A stretch of 64,000 nt of DNA from Phyllobacteriaceae bacterium. Lineage in GTDB: Bacteria > Pseudomonadota > Alphaproteobacteria > Rhizobiales > Rhizobiaceae. Numbering within the stretch: position 1 is the first letter of the stretch; each line of letters opens with the position of its first letter. The stretch is taken from positions 59,365 through 123,364 of the forward strand of contig PAPF01000030.1 of assembly GCA_002708825.1 (NCBI GenBank). Reading direction: 5' to 3'. Of the stretch, positions 19,910-31,388 are shown in pieces. A program made the translations under genes and the position numbers. Below the pieces are notes generated by a model. The model made no database searches. It was given only the letters and a program-made list of their open reading frames with translations, and was not told where the DNA came from.

Positions 19910-20246
19910 GAAGTTCCCTCCGCTCACGTGTGGCTGAATTCCTGTCCCTAGCAGAAACCGCAATCGGCGCGCATGCGCAAGGCGCCCGGCAGGCTGTAGG
20001 GCAAATTATCGCGGGCGCGCGCCTTCATCACGGTTTCCCGCCGCACCCTCGCCGGGCGCGTGGCGGCAGGCCCGCCAGATGCAGCGCAGCCGCCAGGCAA
20101 GGCCGCCGGCAAGAGCCAGGACGAGGAGGATGGCGGCAAGCGTCTTCATCCCGGCATCCTTGCTCCGCCTCGACCACGCCTGCAAACGAAAACCGCCAGA
20201 CCTTCCGGTCCGGCGGTCGTCAAGTCAGACGGTCGACTCACACCCG

Positions 20247-21257
20247 TCAGAGGAACTTCGCCATGGCGACGGCGGTGTCGCCCATGCGGTTGGAGAAGCC
20301 CCACTCGTTGTCGTACCACGACAGGATCGACACCAGCGTGCCGTCCATCACCTTGGTCTGGTCCATGTGGAAGATCGAGGAATGCGGATCGTGGTTGAAG
20401 TCGATGGAGACGTTCTTGGCCTCGGTATAGCCGAGCACGCCCTTGAGCGGGCCGTCCGCTGCCGCCTTGATCGCCGCGTTGATCTCGGCCACCGAAGTCG
20501 CCTTCTTCGCGATGAACTTGAGGTCCACGACCGAGACGTTCGGCGTCGGGACGCGCATGGCGAAGCCGTCCAGCTTGCCGTTGAGTTCGGGCAGCACGAG
20601 ACCCACGGCCTTGGCCGCGCCGGTCGAGGTCGGGATCATGCTCATGGCGGCAGCGCGGCCGCGATAGAGATCCTTGTGCATCGTGTCCAGCGTCGGCTGG
20701 TCGCCGGTATAGGAATGGATCGTCGTCATCATGCCCTTCTCGATGCCGACGGCGTCGTGCAGCACCTTGGCCACCGGCGAGAGGCAATTGGTCGTGCAGG
20801 ACGCGTTGGAAACGACGTGATCGTCAGCCGTCAGCGTGTCATGGTTGACGCCGTAGACGATCGTCTTGTCCGCGCCATCGGCCGGTGCGGAGACCAGCAC
20901 GCGCTTGGCACCGGCTTCCAGGTGCATGGCTGCCTTGTCGCGCGCGGTGAAGATGCCCGTGCATTCCATCACGATGTCGACGCCCAGATCGCCCCAGGGC
21001 AGGTTCTTCGGGTCGCGCTCGGCCAGCACTTTGAAGCTGTCGCCACCCTCGATGCGGATCGTGTCGCCATCCACCGTAACGCTCTTGGGGAACTTGCCAT
21101 GCACCGAGTCGAAGCGCATCAGGTGGGCGTTGGTTTCCACCGGGCCCAGGTCGTTGATGGCGACGATGTCGATGTCCTTGCGCCCGGATTCGTAAATGGC
21201 GCGCACGACATTGCGGCCAATGCGGCCAAATCCGTTGATGGCGATTCTCACGGTCAT
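20247..21257 (-). CDS. gap: glyceraldehyde-3-phosphate dehydrogenase
   Basis: 336 aa. INGFGRIGR...[10 protein letters not shown] active-site motif. Confidence 0.97.
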   Translation of the reverse strand: MTVRIAINGFGRIGRNVVRAIYESGRKDIDIVAINDLGPVETNAHLMRFDSVHGKFPKSVTVDGDTIRIEGGDSFKVLAERDPKNLPWGDLGVDIVMECTGIFTARDKAAMHLEAGAKRVLVSAPADGADKTIVYGVNHDTLTADDHVVSNASCTTNCLSPVAKVLHDAVGIEKGMMTTIHSYTGDQPTLDTMHKDLYRGRAAAMSMIPTSTGAAKAVGLVLPELNGKLDGFAMRVPTPNVSVVDLKFIAKKATSVAEINAAIKAAADGPLKGVLGYTEAKNVSIDFNHDPHSSIFHMDQTKVMDGTLVSILSWYDNEWGFSNRMGDTAVAMAKFL

Positions 21258-21485
21258 GTCAGGTATCTCCCGCAGGCTTCTTCAGGGCCGGGCACGGGCC
21301 GGCCGGTTCCGGTTGGATGGCAAGCGGCGGGCTGACCGCCGAAGCTGCCGTTTCTTAGCGGCGCGTGGTGCAAGAATCCAGATGGCTTGCGCCCTTTCAG
21401 GCTGCCTTTGGCGAAAAGACTTTCCCTTTCAATCGATAAAACCCGATCGCACCCGCGCAAGCGCCGTCCCGCGCTCCTCCGCCAT

Positions 21486-21523
21486 GCAAAAAGGCCGCGC
21501 CGGGATTCGCTCCGGGCGCGGCC
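21486..21523 (-). terminator. Rho-independent terminator after tkt
   Basis: Minus strand: GGCCGCGCC..GGCGCGGCC stem followed by TTTTTG. Confidence 0.7.
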
Positions 21524-21544
21524 TCATGTCGCAGTTTTATTCGC

Positions 21545-23539
21545 TCAGCTGTGCCTGGCGAGCAGCTCCTGGGCCTTCTCTGCCACGGCTTCCGGCGTGA
21601 TCCCGAAATGCTTGTAGAGCTCTTCGTAGGGGCCGGAGGCGCCGAAGGAGTCCATGCCGACGAAGCCGCCGTCCTCGCCGATGAACCGGTCCCAGCCCAT
21701 GCGGATGCCCGCTTCCACCGCCACGCGCACCGGCGAGGAACCGAGAATGGCCTTGCGGTAGTCGGCGTCCTGCTTCGCGAAAAGCTCCATGCAGGGCACC
21801 GACACCACGCGGGTGGGAATGCCGCGGCCTTCCAGCAGCGTGCGTGCGTTGAGCGCGATCTCCACTTCCGAACCCGTGGCGAACAGCGAGACCCTGGCAT
21901 CGTCGGACGCCGTCTGCAGTTCGTAGGCGCCGAATGCGCACAGGTTTTCATCCGCGTAATCGGTACGCACTGCCGGCAGGTTCTGGCGCGTCAGCGCCAG
22001 GGTCGATGGCGTATTGCGCGATTCCAGCGCGATCTGCCAGCACTCCGCCGTTTCCATCGCGTCTGCCGGGCGGAAGACCTGGTGGTTCGGGATGGCGCGC
22101 AGGGCAGCCAGGTGCTCCACGGGCTGGTGCGTCGGCCCGTCCTCGCCCAGGCCGATGGAATCATGCGTCATGACATAGACGACGCGCAGGCCCATCAGCG
22201 AGGACAGCCGCATGGCTGGCCGCGCATAGTCGGAGAACACGAGGAAGGTGCCGGAATAAGGGATCAGCCCGCCATGAAGGGCAATGCCGTTCATCGCCGC
22301 GGCCATGCCATGCTCGCGGATACCGTAGTGGATGTAGCGTCCGGAGAAATCGTCGGGCGTGACCGGCGCGGTCTGGCTCGTCTTGGTGTTGTTGGAGCCG
22401 GTCAGGTCGGCCGAGCCGCCGATGGTCTCGCTCACCGCGCCGTTGATGACTTCGAGCGCCATTTCCGAGGCCTTGCGGGTGGCCACCTTCGGGCGGTCCT
22501 GCGCCAGCTTGGCCTTGTATTCGCCGATGGCGGTCTCGAAGGCGCCGGGCAGGTCGCCGCGCATGGCGCGCTCGAACTCGCCGCGGATGGTGGCCTCGGC
22601 TCCGGCAAGGCGCTTTTCCCAGGCGGTGCGCGCCTTGGTGGAGCGCAGGCCGGCCAGCCGCCATGCGTCGAGCACGTCGGAAGGCACCTCGAAGGGTTCC
22701 GCGTTCCAGCCCAGCGCCAGGCGGGTGGCGGCGATTTCCTCGGCGCCAAGCGGCGAGCCGTGAACCTTGGCCGTGCCGGCCTTGTTGGGCGCACCGAAAC
22801 CGATCGTCGTCTTGCAGGCGATCATGGTTGGCCGGTCGGAGCCGCGGGCCGCCTCGATGGCAGCGGCAATGGCGTCGGGATCATGCCCGTCCACGGCCAT
22901 GGTTTCCCAGCCTGATGCCTCGAAGCGCTTGCGCTGGTCGGTGCTGTCGGACACCGAAACCGGTCCGTCGATGGAAATGCTGTTGTCATCCCACAGCAGG
23001 ATCAGCTTGGAAAGCTTCAGATGGCCGGCCAGCGAGATCGCCTCCTGGCTGATGCCCTCCATCAGGCAGCCGTCGCCGGCCAGCACATAGGTATGGTGGT
23101 TGACGAGGTCGTCGCCGTAGCGCGCATTGAGCAGCCGTTCGGCCAGCGCCATGCCCACGGCGTTGGCGACACCCTGGCCGAGCGGACCGGTCGTCGTCTC
23201 GATGCCCGCGGCATGGCCGTATTCCGGGTGACCGGCGGTCTTGGAGCCGACCTGGCGGAAATTGCGGATTTCGTCGATCGTGATGTCCTCGTAGCCCGTC
23301 AGGTAAAGCAGCGAGTACAGGAGCATCGAGCCGTGGCCGGCCGACAGGACGAAACGGTCGCGGTCCGGCCAGCCGGGATGCTTGGGATCGTGGTTCAGGA
23401 ACCGCGTATAGAGCACCGTTGCGATATCGGCCGCGCCCATGGGCAGGCCGGGATGGCCCGACTTGGCCTTTTCGACCGCATCCATGGAAAGGAAACGGAT
23501 CGCATTGGCCATCCGGTCGTGTTTTTCGCGTGTGATCAT
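21545..23539 (-). CDS. tkt: transketolase
   Basis: 664 aa from [31 protein letters not shown] (ATG at 23539). TPP-binding GDGCLMEG. Confidence 0.97.
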   Translation of the reverse strand: MITREKHDRMANAIRFLSMDAVEKAKSGHPGLPMGAADIATVLYTRFLNHDPKHPGWPDRDRFVLSAGHGSMLLYSLLYLTGYEDITIDEIRNFRQVGSKTAGHPEYGHAAGIETTTGPLGQGVANAVGMALAERLLNARYGDDLVNHHTYVLAGDGCLMEGISQEAISLAGHLKLSKLILLWDDNSISIDGPVSVSDSTDQRKRFEASGWETMAVDGHDPDAIAAAIEAARGSDRPTMIACKTTIGFGAPNKAGTAKVHGSPLGAEEIAATRLALGWNAEPFEVPSDVLDAWRLAGLRSTKARTAWEKRLAGAEATIRGEFERAMRGDLPGAFETAIGEYKAKLAQDRPKVATRKASEMALEVINGAVSETIGGSADLTGSNNTKTSQTAPVTPDDFSGRYIHYGIREHGMAAAMNGIALHGGLIPYSGTFLVFSDYARPAMRLSSLMGLRVVYVMTHDSIGLGEDGPTHQPVEHLAALRAIPNHQVFRPADAMETAECWQIALESRNTPSTLALTRQNLPAVRTDYADENLCAFGAYELQTASDDARVSLFATGSEVEIALNARTLLEGRGIPTRVVSVPCMELFAKQDADYRKAILGSSPVRVAVEAGIRMGWDRFIGEDGGFVGMDSFGASGPYEELYKHFGITPEAVAEKAQELLARHS

Positions 23540-23763
23540 GTGATTGCTGGTCCTTGCCGGCGGAAAACGGGAGCGTGTCCCTTCATTGGTCCGCATATGG
23601 CGCACGGTGCGCCGCCCCTCGGAGAAAAGCAGGCGCTACATATCAGGTGCGTATCGCGAGTCAACCGGACGGGGGCACGCCATGGCCTGGTCTCCACCGT
23701 TCGCCGGACTGCGAACGCGGCTTGCCGGCATGGCAAATCAGGGGATGACGAATGAAGCCGTGT

Positions 23764-23793
23764 TGACCTCGCCTTAATCCGGCCCGTAATCTT
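23764..23793 (+). promoter_or_regulatory. sigma70-like promoter candidate for the DUF4164-zapA operon
   Basis: TTGACC (23764..23769), 18-nt spacer, TAATCT (23788..23793), about 70 nt upstream of ATG 23865. Confidence 0.3.
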
Positions 23794-23864
23794 TCGCAGA
23801 TAAACGGTTCACTTTCCGCCACGATTCGCCGCCCTCGCAGCGTGCCGAAAACGGACCCAAGGCC

Positions 23865-24137
23865 ATGACGGGTGACGTGACACTCAAAGAAGCGATTGAC
23901 CGGCTTTCAAGGGCGCTCGACACCCTTGAAAACGCGGTTGACGCGCGCCTTGAGAAGGAAGCCGATTTCGCCGAGGCCGAGGCGGAAGTGCAGCGCATGA
24001 ATGCCGACCGCGCCCGCCTCGCCCAGGAACTGGACAGTTCCGAAGCCCGGGCCGAGCGCCTCGAACAGACGAACAAGGAGGTCTCGCGCCGCCTGGTCAC
24101 GGCCATGGAGACCATCCGGGCCGTTCTCGACCGGTAA
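23865..24137 (+). CDS. DUF4164 coiled-coil protein (ZapB-like partner of ZapA in alphaproteobacteria)
   Basis: 90 aa, all coiled-coil. Lies immediately upstream of zapA. Confidence 0.8.
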   Translation: MTGDVTLKEAIDRLSRALDTLENAVDARLEKEADFAEAEAEVQRMNADRARLAQELDSSEARAERLEQTNKEVSRRLVTAMETIRAVLDR

Positions 24138-24169
24138 TGACAGCGCGCGGACCGGCAAGGGAGGGGCCA

Positions 24170-24529
24170 GTGCCACAGGTTTCGGTGATCATCGACGGCA
24201 AGACCTACCGCATGGCCTGCGACGAGGGCCAGGAGGAGCATCTGGCCGACCTGGCCCAACGCTTCGACCGCTATGTCACCCACCTGAAGGGTTCGTTCGG
24301 CGAGATCGGCGACCAGCGCCTGACCGTCATGGCCGGCATCATGGTCATGGACGAACTTGTCGAACTTCAAAAGCGCATGCGCGGGCTTCAGGCCGAGGCC
24401 GACACCCTGCGCAAGACCCGCGACGAGGCCCTCGCCAGGGCCGACCGCATCGATGCGGGGCTGTCCTCGACCATGACGACCCTTGCCGAACGCATGGAGT
24501 CCATTGCCGGCAGGATCGCCAGGGGCTGA
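24170..24529 (+). CDS. zapA: cell division protein ZapA
   Basis: VPQVSVIIDGKTYRMACDEGQEEHLADLAQRFD matches the ZapA N-terminus. GTG at 24170 is preceded by GGGAGGGG. The in-frame ATG at 24137 (track ORF) is the alternative start. Confidence 0.85.
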   Translation: MPQVSVIIDGKTYRMACDEGQEEHLADLAQRFDRYVTHLKGSFGEIGDQRLTVMAGIMVMDELVELQKRMRGLQAEADTLRKTRDEALARADRIDAGLSSTMTTLAERMESIAGRIARG

Positions 24530-24556
24530 TGTCCCGCCAGGCCTGCGGCGGGACAT
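24529..24556. terminator. 10-bp stem hairpin between convergent zapA and a small membrane gene
   Basis: ATGTCCCGCC-8 nt-GGCGGGACAT, overlapping the zapA stop. No T-tract on either side. Confidence 0.4.
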
Positions 24557-24572
24557 GAGCCGGAGTCGGGCC

Positions 24573-24791
24573 TCAGCGGCCCATCGTGAGCCGGATAAGG
24601 ATGTAGAAGACCGTCGGAACGGCAGCCAGCGCCGGCAGGATCAGCGCCGGATAGCCGAACAGCACGATGGCGATGAGCCATGCCCCTGCAAGGTTGAGTA
24701 ACGGCAGGACAGGACGGAAGTCGTCCTTTTCCGGCGTATTGGCGGCTGCGGAAAAATCGGCGCGATCCATCGCGGCGGCGACAGTGCTCAT
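24573..24791 (-). CDS. small membrane protein (72 aa, unknown function)
   Basis: MSTVAAAMDR... with two hydrophobic segments. GAGGGA lies upstream of ATG 24791. It is the only credible part of track ORF 24573..25130. Confidence 0.55.
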   Translation of the reverse strand: MSTVAAAMDRADFSAAANTPEKDDFRPVLPLLNLAGAWLIAIVLFGYPALILPALAAVPTVFYILIRLTMGR

Positions 24792-24939
24792 GGCATATCC
24801 CTCATGCTGGTGCGTGCCCGGTCCCGAAGGCCGGCCACTGCGGTTTGTATTGGCCGCTATGTGGATGGACCACGCCGGATCGGGAAGGTGACAGGAGCGC
24901 ACATGTGACAATCTGTCAGGCGCTGGCCGGGCGGTCTTG

Positions 24940-25995
24940 TCAGCGCAGTGCCGCGAGTTCGCCCGCCAGCGTCTCCACCAGGGCGCCAGCGCCCATCGGC
25001 CGGGACAATGCCGCACCCTGGCCCGCCCACCAGGCGCCGAAGCCGGTCTCGCCGCGGTTCCGGGCCGCGGCGTTGAGCGCCTTGCCCGCGCCATAGGCGT
25101 TGGGATAGGCCGCGACCTCTGCGGCGGCAAAGCCGGCCCCGAAAGCCGTGAAGCGGTTGGTCAGGCAGCGCGCCGGCCGTCCGGAAATGACCCGGGTCAT
25201 TTCCGTGCCTCCCTTGCCGTCGGTCAGACGGGCACGATAGGCCGCATCGGCTGCAGACTCCTCGCAACAGGCGAAGGCCGTGCCCAGTTGCGCCGCGGCC
25301 GCTCCAAGTGAAAGGGCAGCGGCGATCCCGGCCCCGTCCATGATGCCGCCGGCAGCGATCACCGGGATGGCGAGACGCTGGCTGAGCAGCCGCGTCAGGG
25401 CGAATGTCCCAAGACATTCGTCTGCGCCGTTCTCGTCGAAGACACCGCGATGGCCGCCTGCCTCGAAACCCTGCGCGACCACCGCGTCCATGCCGGCCGC
25501 TTCCGCCATCAGCCCTTCCGCCAGTGAGGTCGCGGAAGCGAAAAGCACGATGCCGGCCTCTTTCAGCGCAGCGATGCGCTCGGCGTCGGGCAGGCCGAAA
25601 TGAAACGAGACCACGGCCGGCCGCTCCTCCAGCAGCATGGCCAGCATCGCGTCGTCTTCCAGGAAACTCGTATAGGCCGGCGGCAGATCATCGGGCGGCA
25701 AGGCGCCGAACCGCGCGAATTCGGGCGCCAAACGCCGCAGCCACGCCTGCTCGCCGGCTGGATCGCGCGGCCGGATGGCATGGCAGAACAGGTTGGCGTT
25801 GATCGCCCTGTCCGTAAGCTCTCGCGTCTGGCGGATCATGGCACGGGCCTGGTCCGGACCGGACGCCCCGAGGCCGAGCGACCCGAGTCCGCCGGCATTG
25901 GCAACCGCCGCCGCCATGGCGGGTGTTGCAACGCCGGCCATCGGTGCCTGGACGATGGGATGGGCGAGTTGCAGCCGGGCGATCAAATCGGTCAC
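24940..25995 (-). CDS. nitronate monooxygenase / NAD(P)H-dependent flavin oxidoreductase
   Basis: 351 aa. IVQAPMAGVATPAMAAAVANAGGLGSLG. Start is GTG at 25995 (no in-frame ATG near the conserved N-terminus), 4 nt after the upstream gene's stop. Confidence 0.85.
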   Translation of the reverse strand: MTDLIARLQLAHPIVQAPMAGVATPAMAAAVANAGGLGSLGLGASGPDQARAMIRQTRELTDRAINANLFCHAIRPRDPAGEQAWLRRLAPEFARFGALPPDDLPPAYTSFLEDDAMLAMLLEERPAVVSFHFGLPDAERIAALKEAGIVLFASATSLAEGLMAEAAGMDAVVAQGFEAGGHRGVFDENGADECLGTFALTRLLSQRLAIPVIAAGGIMDGAGIAAALSLGAAAAQLGTAFACCEESAADAAYRARLTDGKGGTEMTRVISGRPARCLTNRFTAFGAGFAAAEVAAYPNAYGAGKALNAAARNRGETGFGAWWAGQGAALSRPMGAGALVETLAGELAALR

Positions 25996-25999
25996 GGTC

Positions 26000-27820
26000 C
26001 TAGCCTTCCAGTTCCTCGCGCAGCATTTCCAGTTCCAGCCACTCCTCTTCCGCCCTGTCGCGCTCGGCGCGCCGGGCATCGAGTTCGGCGGCCAGCCTGT
26101 TGAAGCCGCCGGGATCCCTGGCATAAAGCGCCGGATCGGCCAGCCGAGCCTCCAGCCTTTCCATCTCCCCGGTCAGCCGCTCGATCTCCCTGGGCAGGTT
26201 TTCCAGCGCGAATTTCTGCTTGTAGGAGAGTTTGGCCCTGGCGGCCGCAGGCCTCGCGGCAACCGGTGCGGACGCAGCCGTTCTTGTCTCGGCGCGCGCG
26301 GCGGGTTTCGGCTCGGCCAGTTCGAAACGGCTCGTGCCGCGCTGGGCAAGCATGTCGGCATAGCCGCCGGCATAGGCCAGCCACTTGCCGCCCGCTTCCG
26401 GCGCAAGCGTCGCCGAGACGGTCCGGTCGAGGAAATCGCGGTCGTGACTGACGAGAATGACCGTGCCGGGAAACCCGGCAACGAGTTCCTGCAGCAGGTC
26501 CAGCGTTTCCATGTCGAGATCGTTGGTCGGCTCGTCAAGCACCAGCAGGTTGGCCGGTTGCGCCAGCACCTTGGCCAGCAGCAGCCTGGCCTTCTCGCCG
26601 CCGGACAATTCGCGGATCGGGGTACGCGCCTGTTCCGGCTTGAACAGGAATTCCTTCATGTAGGACATGACATGGCGCGCCTCGCCATTGATGACGACCT
26701 GGTCTCCGCGCCCGCCAGTGAGAAACGAAGCCGGCGTATCGTCCGGGTCGAGGTGTGCACGGCCCTGGTCCAGCGTCGCGATTTCCAGGTTGACGCCGAG
26801 CCGCACCGTGCCGCCATCGGGCGCCAGTTCCCCGGTCAGCATCTTCAGAAGCGTCGTCTTCCCTGCCCCGTTCGGCCCCACAAGGCCGATGCGGTCGCCC
26901 CGCAGGATGCGCATGGAGAAATCGCGAACGATGACCCGCTCGCCATAGGACTTGGAAATGCCCTTGGCCTCGACGACGAGTTTGCCGGAAGCCTCGGCTT
27001 CGGAAGCCTCCAGCCGCGCCTTGCCTTCCGGCCCCTGATGCGCGCGGAAAGCCTGGCGCATGACCTGCAATTCGCCCAGCCGGCGCATGTTGCGCTTGCG
27101 CCGCCCGGAAACGCCGTGCACCACCCAGTGCTCCTCGCGCGCGATCTGGCGGCCGAGCTTGTGCTGCTCGCGTTCCTCTTCCTCGTGGACCTGGTCGCGC
27201 CAGTCCTCGAAATGGGCAAAGCCCTTTTCCAGCCGCCGCGTCGTGCCCCGGTCCAGCCAGACCGTGGCCTTGGTCACCCGCTCCAGGAAGCGCCGGTCGT
27301 GGCTGATCAGGATGATGGCGGAGGTGGACTGCTGCAACTCCTCTTCCAGCCATTCGATCGTGGCGAGATCGAGGTGGTTGGTCGGCTCATCGAGCAGGAG
27401 GATGTCCGGCTGTGGCGCCAGGACGCGCGCCAGCGCCGCGCGCCGAGCCTCGCCACCCGACAGCAGTGCCGGATCGGCCGCGCCGTCGAGGCCGAGATGG
27501 TCGAGCAGGTAGGCCACCCGCCATTCCTCGTCCGCAGGTCCGAGCCCGGCCGTCACATAGGCCTCGATGCTGCGATGGTCGCCGAAATCGGGCGCCTGCG
27601 GCAGGTAGCGGATGGTCGCGGTGGGCTGGCGGAAGACCTCGCCCTCCTGCGCCTCGACGAGGCCCGCGGCGATCTTCAGCAATGTCGACTTGCCCGATCC
27701 GTTGCGCCCGACAAGCGCGATCTTGTCGCCGGCCCCGGCCGAAAGCGTGGCACCGTCGAGGAGCGGCTTGCCGCCGAAGGTCAGGCGGATGCCGTCGAGA
27801 TGCAGGAGAGGCGGTGCCAT
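26000..27820 (-). CDS. uup: ABC-F family ATPase (Uup-like)
   Basis: 606 aa from MAPPLLHLDGIRLTFGGK (ATG at 27820). Two Walker A sites (GRNGSGKST, GPNGAGKTT), two LSGGE signatures and a C-terminal coiled coil. Confidence 0.9.
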   Translation of the reverse strand: MAPPLLHLDGIRLTFGGKPLLDGATLSAGAGDKIALVGRNGSGKSTLLKIAAGLVEAQEGEVFRQPTATIRYLPQAPDFGDHRSIEAYVTAGLGPADEEWRVAYLLDHLGLDGAADPALLSGGEARRAALARVLAPQPDILLLDEPTNHLDLATIEWLEEELQQSTSAIILISHDRRFLERVTKATVWLDRGTTRRLEKGFAHFEDWRDQVHEEEEREQHKLGRQIAREEHWVVHGVSGRRKRNMRRLGELQVMRQAFRAHQGPEGKARLEASEAEASGKLVVEAKGISKSYGERVIVRDFSMRILRGDRIGLVGPNGAGKTTLLKMLTGELAPDGGTVRLGVNLEIATLDQGRAHLDPDDTPASFLTGGRGDQVVINGEARHVMSYMKEFLFKPEQARTPIRELSGGEKARLLLAKVLAQPANLLVLDEPTNDLDMETLDLLQELVAGFPGTVILVSHDRDFLDRTVSATLAPEAGGKWLAYAGGYADMLAQRGTSRFELAEPKPAARAETRTAASAPVAARPAAARAKLSYKQKFALENLPREIERLTGEMERLEARLADPALYARDPGGFNRLAAELDARRAERDRAEEEWLELEMLREELEG

Positions 27821-27833
27821 GGTGTGAGAACCT

Positions 27834-28478
27834 TCAGAGTTGCGCCGCCGGATCGGGATGGGCCACCAGCAGCGCACGGCCCGCCGCCAGTTCGACCGTG
27901 AGCGGTCCGAGCGCGACATTGGACATGGTGAGCGACGAGCCGAAGGCCACATCCGTCTCGAACAGCGGCCACTTGGCCCCGGCGACGCTCAATCCTTCGA
28001 GGTCGCTGAAGGCCAGCACCGAGAAAAGCGTCCCCTTCGGCAGGTCGAAGCGGTTTTGCCCGTGCAGGACCGGATAGCCCTCCTGCTTGCCGGAGGTGAT
28101 GAGCACCGGCAGTCCTGTCTCGGCCACCGAAACGGCTGCGGCCAGGTGCAGGAAGGCATGGTCGATGCGCGGCCCTCCGAAGGCGCCGGCCAGGATGAAG
28201 GCGCTGGCGCCGCGCTTCAGCGCCTCGGCGATGGCCAGTTCCCCGTCGGTCATGTCCTTGTCTTGCGGAAACGCCATGCGCGGCACGTCCGGGTAGCGGT
28301 CGAACAGGGCCTCGCCGGCGCTGTCGAAGTCGCCCAGCCAGGCCTCCGGCGTCACGCCCAGCAGTGCGGCATGTTCCATGCCTGAATCGGCTGCGATCAC
28401 GCTGTGCCCGGCCACCTGGCTCATCAGGCGCGGCGTGGCGTGCAGTTCGCCGCCGAGAAGAATGACGAATGTGCTCAT
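27834..28478 (-). CDS. thiN: thiamine pyrophosphokinase
   Basis: 214 aa from MSTFVILLGGE. ...IAADSG...GDFDS motif typical of TPK. Confidence 0.85.
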   Translation of the reverse strand: MSTFVILLGGELHATPRLMSQVAGHSVIAADSGMEHAALLGVTPEAWLGDFDSAGEALFDRYPDVPRMAFPQDKDMTDGELAIAEALKRGASAFILAGAFGGPRIDHAFLHLAAAVSVAETGLPVLITSGKQEGYPVLHGQNRFDLPKGTLFSVLAFSDLEGLSVAGAKWPLFETDVAFGSSLTMSNVALGPLTVELAAGRALLVAHPDPAAQL

Positions 28479-28590
28479 GCCCGCGCGCTTAGCACGCCAT
28501 TGCGGCAAGGCAAAGCGTCACGGCCGCAAACCACGCAACCCGCCCCTCCCCCTTGTCAGCCCGGCAGCGCTCCTCTAAATGCGGAGGTGT

Positions 28591-28687
28591 TCTAACGGGG
28601 TGCATGCCGGCTTTTTGCCCGGCGCGCTGAGAGGCCTCTCGCCAACCCGCAAAACCTGATCCGGTTAGCACCGGCGGAGGGATTAGA
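28591..28687 (+). promoter_or_regulatory. TPP (THI-box) riboswitch
   Basis: P1 TCTAA/TTAGA. ACGGGGTGC...CTGAGA...ACCC...AACCTGATCCGGTTAGCACCGGCGGAGGGA matches the TPP aptamer consensus. About 60 nt upstream of thiB. Confidence 0.88.
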
Positions 28688-28747
28688 CGTTCTGCTTGTC
28701 CGCAGCGCCTTTTTCTCCGAAACACGAAACCAGAAGGAGCGCAGACA

Positions 28748-29740
28748 ATGCGAAATATCCTGCTTGCCGCCTGTTCCGCAATTGCCATGGCCGGTCCGGC
28801 CGCCGCGGCCGATCTCACCGTCTACACCTATGAAGCCTTTACCGCCGACTGGGGTCCCGGTCCGGTGGTGGAGAAGGCCTTCGAGGCCGAATGCGGCTGC
28901 GACATCGAATTCGTCGACGTGACCGACGGCGTCGCCCTGCTCAACCGGCTGAAGCTGGAGGGTGAGGACACAGGCGCCGACATCATCCTCGGCCTCGACA
29001 CCAACCTGATGGCCGACGCGAGGGAGACCGGCCTGTTCGCGCCCCACGGCGTCAGCCTGGAAAACGTCGACGTGCCCGGCGGCTGGTCCGACGGCACCTT
29101 CATTCCCTTCGACTACGGCCATTTCGCCGTGGTCTATGACACCGAAGCCGTGGCCAACCCGCCGAAAAGCCTGAAGGAACTGATGGAAGGCGGCGACACG
29201 CCGAAAATCGTCATCCAGGACCCGCGCACCTCCACGCCCGGCCTCGGTCTCGTGCTCTGGGTGAAGAAGGTCTATGGCGATGACGCCCCGCAAGCCTGGA
29301 AGGCTTTCAGCGACCGTGTTCTGACTGTGACGCCGGGCTGGTCGGAAGCCTACAATCTCTTCGTGAAGGGTGAGGCACCGATGGTGCTCTCCTATGTCAC
29401 GTCTCCGGCCTACCACATGATCGCCGAGGATACCGACCGCTATCAGGCGGCCTCCTTCGAGGAAGGCCACTACATGCAGATCGAGATCGCCGGCCAGACC
29501 GTGAAGGGCAAGGACAATCCGCTGGCCGCCCGGTTCCTCTCCTTCATGACCGGTCCCGGCTTCCAGGACGTCATTCCCGAAACCAACTGGATGATGCCGG
29601 CCGGCAAGACGGAGAAGCCGCTGGCCGACGCCTTCTCGAAACTGGTCGAGCCATCCGCGAGCCTGACCTTCACGCCGGAGGAAGTGGCCGCCAACCGCAA
29701 GGCCTGGGTGGACGAGTGGCTTTCCGCGATGAGCCGCTGA
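28748..29740 (+). CDS. thiB: thiamine ABC transporter substrate-binding protein
   Basis: 330 aa. Signal peptide, then [18 protein letters not shown]. Followed by thiP and thiQ. Confidence 0.92.
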   Translation: MRNILLAACSAIAMAGPAAAADLTVYTYEAFTADWGPGPVVEKAFEAECGCDIEFVDVTDGVALLNRLKLEGEDTGADIILGLDTNLMADARETGLFAPHGVSLENVDVPGGWSDGTFIPFDYGHFAVVYDTEAVANPPKSLKELMEGGDTPKIVIQDPRTSTPGLGLVLWVKKVYGDDAPQAWKAFSDRVLTVTPGWSEAYNLFVKGEAPMVLSYVTSPAYHMIAEDTDRYQAASFEEGHYMQIEIAGQTVKGKDNPLAARFLSFMTGPGFQDVIPETNWMMPAGKTEKPLADAFSKLVEPSASLTFTPEEVAANRKAWVDEWLSAMSR

Positions 29741-29762
29741 CGGCCCTGCGGACAGGACCGGC

Positions 29763-31388
29763 ATGAGCGCCCGCGCGACGGCAGGAGAAAAGGCAGGGCT
29801 GGCCGCGCTGGCCCTGCTTGGCCTGCTGGCCGGCGGCGCATTCGCCGGCCTGGTCCTTTCCGCCACGCGGCAGGGCGGCGATGTGGCCGGCGCCTTCGAT
29901 ACCTGGCTCTGGTCCGCTGCCCGGTTCACGCTGTGGCAGGCCGCGCTTTCCACGCTGCTTTCCGTCCTCCCGGCGGTCCTTGTCGCCCGCGCGCTCTTCC
30001 GCCACCGCACCTTCCCGGGCCGCGGGCTGATCCTCGGCCTGTTCGCGCTCCCGCTCGCCATTCCCGGCATCGTGGCGGCGCTCGCGACGCTGATGCTCTA
30101 TGGCCGCGCCGGTCTGCTGGCGCCGGTCCTCGCTCCGCTGGCGGACGGGCAATGGCCGGGCGTCTTCGGCCTGTCGGGCATCCTTCTCGCCCATGTCTTC
30201 TTCAACCTGCCGCTTGCCGCCCGCATGGCGCTGGAAGCACTGGAAGCGGTTCCGGCCGACCGCTGGCGCCTTGCCGCCCAACTGGGCATGGGACCGGCAG
30301 CCCGGTTCCGCGTGATCGAATGGCCGGCGCTGGCCTCCGCCCTGCCCGGTATTGCAGGTCTCGTCTTCATGCTCTGCGCCACCTCCTTTGCGGTCGTGCT
30401 GACGCTCGGCGGCGGCCCTTCCGCCTCCACGCTTGAGGTGGCCATATACCAGGCGCTGCGCTTCGATTTCGATCCGGCCCGCGCCGCGGCCTTGACCCTC
30501 ACGCAACTGGCCCTGACCGGCCTGCTTGTCACCGGCCTGCAATCCATGGGCGCGCCACTCACGGGAGAAACCAATCTCACGCTGGCCCGCCATGGCTACG
30601 TGCCGCCCGTATCCCGCAGCCAGGCGATTTCCGGCATGTTCGTCATTGCGATGGCAGCGGCCTTTGTCGGCGGTCCGCTCGTCGCCATGCTGCTGTCCGG
30701 CCTGCAGGCCGACCTGCCGCGCCTGCTCGGCGAATCCGCCGTGCGTCAGGCCCTTGTGACGAGCCTTGCCCTGGCGCTGGCCTCCGCCCTTCTGGCCGTG
30801 GCACTCACCCTTGCCCTGCTGCGCCTGCGCCTGGACCGCGAGAAGGCCCGGCGCCGTGGCGTCAGCCAAGGCTGGATCGAATGGGCAGCAGGCAACGGCG
30901 CCAGCCTGATCCTGCTCGTCCCGCCCATCGTCATTGGCGCGGGCTGGTTCATCCTCGCGGTGGAGGCCGGTCAATTGCGGTTGACGGGCATCATCGGCCC
31001 TGCCCTTGTCACCACGGTCAACGCCGCCATGGCCATGCCCTTCGTCATGCGCCTCCTCGGCCCCGCCCACGACATGGCCGCCGCACGCCATGACCGCCTT
31101 TCCGCCAATCTCGGCCTGACCGGCTGGATGCGCCTGCGCCTGATCGACCTGCCGGCATTGAAAGGGCCGCTGGCCGCCGGCTTTGCCTTTGCCATGGCCC
31201 TTTCTCTTGGCGACCTCGGTGTCATCGCCCTGTTCGGCTCGGAGGACTTTCGCACCCTGCCATGGCTGCTCCATGCGCGCATGGGCAGTTACCGCACCGA
31301 TGACGCCGCCGGCCTGGCGCTGATCCTTGCGCTTTCCTGCCTGGCATTGATGATGATCGCCGCACGGGCGGGAAGGGTCAGGGCATGA
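29763..31388 (+). CDS. thiP: thiamine ABC transporter permease
   Basis: 541 aa. Duplicated ABC permease (12 TM-type) protein. 4-nt overlap with thiQ. Confidence 0.9.
   Translation: MSARATAGEKAGLAALALLGLLAGGAFAGLVLSATRQGGDVAGAFDTWLWSAARFTLWQAALSTLLSVLPAVLVARALFRHRTFPGRGLILGLFALPLAIPGIVAALATLMLYGRAGLLAPVLAPLADGQWPGVFGLSGILLAHVFFNLPLAARMALEALEAVPADRWRLAAQLGMGPAARFRVIEWPALASALPGIAGLVFMLCATSFAVVLTLGGGPSASTLEVAIYQALRFDFDPARAAALTLTQLALTGLLVTGLQSMGAPLTGETNLTLARHGYVPPVSRSQAISGMFVIAMAAAFVGGPLVAMLLSGLQADLPRLLGESAVRQALVTSLALALASALLAVALTLALLRLRLDREKARRRGVSQGWIEWAAGNGASLILLVPPIVIGAGWFILAVEAGQLRLTGIIGPALVTTVNAAMAMPFVMRLLGPAHDMAAARHDRLSANLGLTGWMRLRLIDLPALKGPLAAGFAFAMALSLGDLGVIALFGSEDFRTLPWLLHARMGSYRTDDAAGLALILALSCLALMMIAARAGRVRA

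Noticed and set aside
20006-20149. 47-aa ORF on the - strand (MKTLAAILLVLALAGGLAWRLRCIWRACRHAPGEGAAGNRDEGARPR) in the 337-bp gap-pgk intergenic region
   Set aside because: It has a hydrophobic N-terminus and a weak AAGGA upstream, but it is short and has no recognisable family. The Arg/Cys-rich tail looks like random GC-rich translation. Conservation or ribosome-profiling data would be needed before calling it.
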